A stretch of 59,031 bases of DNA. It comes from Gnetum montanum. Taxonomy: Eukaryota; Plantae; Gnetophyta. The notes beneath the pieces are model-generated. The model did not search any database. It saw only the letters and a list, made by a program, of their open reading frames with translations, and was not told the origin of the DNA. Location: contig MNCI01000064.1 in the NCBI GenBank assembly GCA_015680685.1, positions 1 through 59,031 of the forward strand, written 5' to 3'. The position numbers and the translations under genes are program-made. Shown one piece after another: positions 52,054 through 59,031 of the stretch (position 1 is the first letter of the stretch; every line of letters starts with the position of its first letter).

Positions 52054-55000
52054 AATGCCCAACCATACAAATCACAAGTATTCACATGCAATCCAATTAA
52101 ATTCCATGGATGGGACTAGTTTGGTATCAAGATTGTTAAGCATTAATCATAGGTCTTTGTCTTCTCACTTGGACTAGTGATAGCTCTATCACGTATGGTT
52201 TAGTTCAAAGTGAGGCATATGATTATGATGTTGTTGGGGCATTGAACTAAACTAATTAATAACATAGAAATTAATTATTTCATATAATTAATAATTAAAT
52301 TAAATCCTAAACTAGCCTAATTGTGATGAATGTCCACTCCTATCTTATTGTAGACATCATGAACTCACATACCTACTACTAGGATTACTGAGCGTTATGC
52401 TACGAGGCAAACTAAGCAAAATGCTACTAGGATTACTAACTAAATACGTGTTTATATTCAAAATTTGTCATACTCATTCCACCAATTGACTAATATGCAT
52501 GAAAATATAGATATTAACAAAGTACATTCAAAGTAAATTACATTGAAGGAAAATCTATTCTAAGTCAAGGTGTTGTAATGAATATGAATCAATCTCAATC
52601 TAATTATCATTCATGAAATGTGTCCATGTACAATGCCACTTAAATAAGACATTATACAATTGACTTAAATCCATGCTATATGTACTCACTAACTGTTTAC
52701 TAACATTACAAAAGAAAATTNGCTCACTAACTGTTTGCTAACATTACAAAAGAAAATTACAAGAGTTTGGCTACACTACTAACTAAATGATACCATAAAC
52801 ATAATACATGACTTATATGTATAGGCATTTATTGTAATTGTGATATCATGTTTACAATAAAGCATCCTAGCCTACGATATCACAAATGTGATATTGTAGA
52901 TGTGATGTCATAGTTGACTAGTATAATTTTAATGTTTCATCATATTCTCACAACCCATTAAAAACTCATCCTCAAGTTGTACAAAATGAACAAGTTTTTA
53001 TTACAACAATTGTGAGGTGACCAAGACTAGAATGATTGACATGATAAGTATGAATGCTTCATTACAAAATTTATTTGAGTGGATGTATTAAAAAATGATA
53101 AAAAGACTAGATATGCATCAAAGTTTACAAAATTACAAAAGTCTTTAAAAATCCACCAATGATGAATCTTCATGTTGTCACTAATGGTGGAAGTTTTTCA
53201 ACCTTGTTGTTATGTTGGTGCTTCTATTTTTATATAAAAATTTTGAAAGATGGACTCAAATGTCTTCTCATTGACCCAAGGATTTCTAGGTAACGAACAT
53301 GCAATGTTTGAGCTTAAATCTATGTTTCTACTATTTGGGCACATCCTTCTTTATCCTCTTCTTGATCTCTTCTTCTTATCTTAAAAAAGACATTCAACCT
53401 TAGGCAATCATTAGGCATCATCTATAACCAGAAAATGATCAATTTTAGTTTTGGTAGTCTTTGAAAAACTCTTAATGAAATTTCTATAAAATACCATGTG
53501 TCCAAGAAATGACCTCACATCCTTCACTATTGAAGATCTTTGAGTAATTTCTTAGATGACCTTGATCTTTTTAGAATAAACTTCAAAGCCTTTGTCTGAA
53601 ATCTTGTGCCTAGGAACCATGCCTTCCTAGACCATGAGGTGGCTCTTTCACTAATTAATTTTTAGATTAATCTCCAGATATCTTTCTAGTACCTATTTGA
53701 AATGGTCTAGTACTTGTTTAAATTCTAAATCATAGGTGGATAATTCATGCATGAAGACTTCAAAATCATTGGCAATTTACTTCTAGAAGATGCTTAAGAA
53801 TAGACATTAGAATGTATCATGAGCATTATACAAGTCAAACAACATAATTTCATATGAATAAATCCCCCTGGAACTCGTAAATATGATTTTGACTTGGTAT
53901 CAGGTACAATTTAGATTTGGTTATAGTCATTATAAGCATTTGAAAAGTTGTAATATTTGTTTTTACTCTAGTGTCCAACACTTGATCAAGAAATGATAAC
54001 AAAAGGTGATCTTTAAAAATTGTTATATTCAATATTCTAAAGTTAATAAAAATTCATCATTGGCCCCCTTTCCTTGGTATAATCATAATCAAGCTAACCC
54101 ATTAACTATCCACTATAAGATAGATGAATCTAACTTTTCAAAGCTTTTCAATCTCTCTCTATACTACTTGTTTCATCTCTGGATTTAGCCTACATTGTGT
54201 TTAGCATTTTCACTTGATTGTAAGATTTATGTATATGCAGTGTTGGCATATATGTAAGCTAATTCTAATAATCTCATCATAAGACCATGCAAAGGTTTTG
54301 ACCACTTTTTTACATCTTCTAGTAACTTCCTTTTCTACATTCCTATTAGTTATGCATTAATAATTACAAGTTTACCATTTTCAAAAAAGACATATTCAAG
54401 TGATTATAATAATATCTTTAATTTAATTAGTTTGGGCATAGGTTCTTCTAGGATTTTCAACTCTCCCCAATTAATGTCTTCTTATTCTACTTGTCTTGCT
54501 TGGAAGAGTTGCTATCATACTTTCTCCGTCTTATTTAGCTAGTCTACAAAATAGCTAGTAAGTGCTTCTTACAACTTTATGCAAATGATGAACTTGCAAC
54601 TTGAACCTACTATTGGCCACTAGGCATCTTCTTATTTAGTGGTTGTTATGTATAGGCACCTTTACACACACTTCATATTCACATGAGCTACATGATTGTA
54701 TATCTCTTTGTTTAATGATCCATACTTTTCTCATGTGGTTGCATCCCATATCACTGTATGCGATACATGAAATTCTTTACTTCTTAATTACTCCATGCTC
54801 ATTTTTCTTAAAGATTTCCAAAAAAAAAGATTCTTAATTTTAATATTAACATCAATTGTTCTTAGCCAAGTCATTCTCATGATGATGGTACACTCCCCCT
54901 TACAGTTCTTCACATAAATAACTAGGAAATCAATTGGATATGGATTTCCACTAATGGTGGTCACAACATCCTTCACCTACCCTAATGAAACAATTCATGA

Positions 55001-58000
55001 ACTAATCAACAAGCTTCAACCTAAAGTTACATTTCTTGAGTAGTGGTAGGTTCCATATCTATACATTACTTGAAAAATTAAGTTAACTCTAGAACCTAAG
55101 TCTAACAAAGCTTTACATGGTGGATTTCTTTCAATCTATAATTAAATCAAGGGACTTTTAGGATTTTTTCATTTCTTTGGAAGAGCACATGTTGTTATCC
55201 AATCTATTACAACATGGAATAACATTGCACTCTTTATATTCATATTTTAATTTGATGGTGGCTTGGTTAATGGATTAAAGAATGTTAAGTTTCAAGTGGG
55301 ATCTATAGCCACTGATGCTTGCATTGATTTAGATGAACTAATATGTTAAAAGAAGGAACACTTCCAAGGTTTGTACTTAGAACCACTTGAACTATCATCC
55401 ATCTCCATGTTCATGACTCTTGTAGCACTCTTTTGATGTGGTTATGGAGGTATCTCATCTTGCATTAGTAGAGGTGGCACTAAAGGAAGAGGAATGTGTG
55501 ATGGTTGAAGATGCGTGAAAGATGGATGAGAATGATAAAAGTGTGATTCAACTCTAGGAGTGGCAAGCCCATGATACTTTGGTGGTTAGTAGTAGTGGGA
55601 GGAATAAGTTTGAGTAGCTAAACCATCAAAAGAAATAGGCTATTAAACATGATATTCATATGGATCCAGCTACCTATAAGGATATTTCTACCTTGGTAAT
55701 AGCATCCAACATGACTATGGGTTTTTCCGATACTAATAATACTACTTGTAAGGTTAAGGTGAACCTCCACTTGAATACTATTGTTGATTATAGAACTACT
55801 TGTAATTTTCATATGGATAAGGCAATCTCTTAGGCATATGCTTTTTAATGAACTTTGGGTTCAAAGCATATGCTTCTAACTCCTATAAATGTAAAATGAA
55901 ATGTCAACATCGTTTAGGATTTTCATATTAGCATAAGTCACATCAATCATCATCTATTAAATCTAAGTTAGCAACCTCATCTACATTAGCGATTTTTCCA
56001 TTATGCCTAGACATGTCCTTTTCTATTTCTTTCTTCTTCTTCTTATCCTTGTCTTGTACATGAATTTTCTCTATTTTACATAGCTATGAATTTTTCATTA
56101 ACAAAATCTCATATCTTTTCACCATTACTACAATATTTCAAATATATTTTTTTATTGATAAAGTCTTTTGTTGAATCACCTCCTGCATTGGATTCTCTTT
56201 TTTCCTTCTCTCGTAAGAATGAACATCCTTGATACAAAGGAATGGATTTTTGTTACACTTCTCAATACTCTCACTCTCTTTAAGTTCATCCTCTTCTTTG
56301 GTCACTTGATCTATTAATCTTTGAATTGAATGGACCCTCATTGAATGTAGATTCGAAAAGTCTCTTGTTTTGTTCTTTGTCCATCTATGATGTGTTTCAA
56401 TTTCTTCCTTTGAGAGAAGTCATGGCTTGAGCACCTATGCAAAAATTAATAGTATCTACCTAAGGCTACATCAAGGAATTCATGGCTATCCTATTTCCAC
56501 CATTTAATCTACTTTCTCAAGTTAGACACCCAAGAGTACATTTGGTATTTGTAATTGAATCTAGTTTCTCAAGTTAGACACCTAAGAGTACTTTCTCTAT
56601 CATATTCATGGCACCTTCTATGTTATCTGCTATGCCTTCTTTCATATTTGCATATGTGAATTCTATTACTATCTCTATCATGATCATCTTCTATATCTTT
56701 ATTTCTATTTTGATCTCTTCCATTGTCTCCACTAGATCATATGTCTTTACATCTTCTTTCTTATCCATGCTCATCCTTATCAAAGCTTGACAATGAGGAT
56801 GATGAAAAGGATGAAGAACAAAGAAAGTTATGTTAGCTAACATCATCTACATTGAAGATGAAATGATTTTAACATTATGATCTCCCTAAATTTTAATTAG
56901 TATCTTCCTTTTCAAACTATGAGGTCAATGGAAAGATAGCTCCTTTTCCTTTAGCTACTTCATGATGTGCCTCAATGAAATGATCTTTATAAAGTTAGTT
57001 TTTGATTAGCTAATAAGGTATGGATATTTCATCAAATACCTTATAGTTGACAGTAGTAGCTTCCAATCCATCCCTCATCAATGCAACCATTAGCATTAAT
57101 GAGACTACATGATTAGGTAATAATACAATATTTTCTTCTAGTTCTATTCATCTCATTTGCACATCCTAATGAAGGATGAAGGTAAACACCATGAATAAGA
57201 ATTTCGATATCAATAGATCACTTTAACTTGATAGGGCATATCATCCTTATCCTAATTGGTTATGTCGGTTCCCCTTGTAGAATTGTTAATAAGTGGAAAA
57301 TCATTCATGTAAAACATAAACATTTTAAATTAACATGTGTGACTTAAATAAAATATTATTATTTTTGAAAGATAAACCTTGAAGCTTTTAATAGTGATCA
57401 TAAATAATGTTAACTAATCTAGAATACTAGCACCAATCCCTAACAACAACACTAATGATGAGCAACAATCTCTACATCTAACGATACAAATCACAAGCAT
57501 TTGCATGTGACCCTATCATAATCCGTAAACTAGACTAATGGAGCTTCTATATTGTTAAGCGTTGATCACAAATCATTGTTTTTCCAATTACACTTTTGTT
57601 TATCTTGTATGGTTAGGTGTAATTGATGCATATGATTGTTGATGTTGTTTAGTCATAATAAGATATTATTAAAATATAGAAAATTATCTATTTAAGCTAA
57701 GATATGATGAAATAAATCCTCAGCTAGCCTAAGCAATTAAGCATCAATTTCCAATTCACTGTACACAACCTAATCTTACACTATCATTGTTAGGTTACCA
57801 AGTGTTTACTATTGGGCATATCAAGCAATAACACTATTGGGATTATCAAACAATAACCTATTTCTACTTAGAATTGGTTATACTCATTTAATATATTTAA
57901 TTTGCATTTTAGAATTAAAATGTCAACTAGATGCATGAAAATTAATAAGAGTGAAAGTAAATTTCTAAAAAGAATACATTAAAATAAGTAAAAAAGTTAG

Positions 58001-58284
58001 AATAAAGGTGCAATAATTTTGATCTTATTGTCATCATGAATTTCATCCATGTATAATATCACTCAAATAAAATTCCATTTAATTAATTCAAGTTTATGAT
58101 TAAAGCATTCACTAACTATTGCTAATGCTTCAAAATTAAAATAGTAGAGTTCGGCTACTATGGTAACCGAATGACACATTTAATATGGTAGGAAAGTAGT
58201 ATCTATAGGCATCACCTACCTCAGTACATCACATCTATGATATCACAACTGCAATGTTATACACAACTAACTAATTATTCATCA
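52033..58284 (-). mobile_element. Athila-like internally deleted element: 5' LTR 57456-58284, PBS, gag, protease, RT, short 3' region, 3' LTR 52033-52942
   Basis: 53437-57960 is an inverted homologue of 28780-33606. LTR termini TGATG...CATCA; no RNase H or integrase recognisable; the two LTRs are related but clearly divergent. Confidence 0.8.
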
Positions 58285-58289
58285 ATAAT

Positions 58290-59031
58290 ATATTGTGATC
58301 TTAATGTGCTTCATCATCTAATGAAAAATAATATTTTTAATTAGCTTAATAACATTTTAATTATCATAATATATAATTGTTGGTTTCATAATTTCTTCTT
58401 TCAAATCTATAAATAATTGATTTAGCCATCTCAATTCAATCACCAAATGAGCAACTACTTTATGCTTTAATTCTATGGATAACAATGAAATTATTTACTA
58501 TTTGATAAACCATCATGAAATTACATTTACCCTATGCTTGATAAGAAAGCTGGTAGTTGAACACCTTGTAGCGATGTCTCATCTGTAATCAACATCAATA
58601 TATCCTTGCAATTATTGTTATGAAGGAAAATTTTAAATGAGACCTTATTCCATAGTCTCTTTCATGTACTTAAGAATTCCTAGCATCATTATCATCTAGT
58701 TCCTAGTTTGATTCTAATTAAACCTTGACAAAAGATTTAATACATAAACAATGTCTAATCTAGTATTAGTAAGATAAATTAATTTACCAATTAATCATCA
58801 AAACTACATAGGGTTTTTAAGAATTTTTTAATCATCCAACATAGGACAACTACCTAAATCTAGAGGACTTGCTTGTGGTTTGTAATTCAATAGATAGTAA
58901 TCTATTAATAACTCAACTGTATACTTCTTATGTGTAATTCGTATATAGTTGGATGACTCATTTATTTTGAAACTAAGAAAGTAACTAAGCATGCCTAGAT
59001 TTGATAGTTCAAATTTAGATTTTAGCTAATT
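58290..59031 (-). mobile_element. Ty1/Copia RT-RNase H remnant
   Basis: Minus strand LQGYIDVDY.-DIATRCSTTSFL...VIS-W (Copia RNase H start, ~58480-58615); interrupted by the Athila LTR at 58284. Confidence 0.75.

Noticed and set aside
52683-52760. ~37-bp tandem duplication
   Set aside because: The copies flank a single N (52721); likely an assembly overlap or haplotype artefact.

Overview
AT-rich, repeat-dense nuclear DNA of a land plant, from a scaffolded short-read assembly (N-gaps at 8177-8642 and 15717-16202; single-N joins at 10769, 46148 and 52721). Most of the window is nested, decayed LTR retrotransposons. These are mainly an Athila-like Ty3/Gypsy family (TGATG...CATCA LTRs, TGGCGCC(A/G)TTGC PBS, CX2CX3HX4C knuckle), plus Ty1/Copia remnants (one Sirevirus-like), LINE fragments (RTE and RTE-X-like) and tRNA-derived SINEs. 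Three non-TE islands stand out. (1) A plastid ycf2 fragment (NUPT, 15023-15716) cut by an Athila LTR. (2) A disabled gene for a long coiled-coil, tail-anchored protein (20538-22719) behind a CpG-rich promoter. (3) An intronless, compacted, very divergent ARM+HECT E3 ligase (UPL3/UPL4/TRIP12 type) pseudogene (34777-~37700) that lacks the catalytic C-lobe. No intact cellular gene, rRNA, functional tRNA or CRISPR array is evident. Family calls come from motif recognition by eye, without database searches, and coordinates of degenerate elements are approximate.
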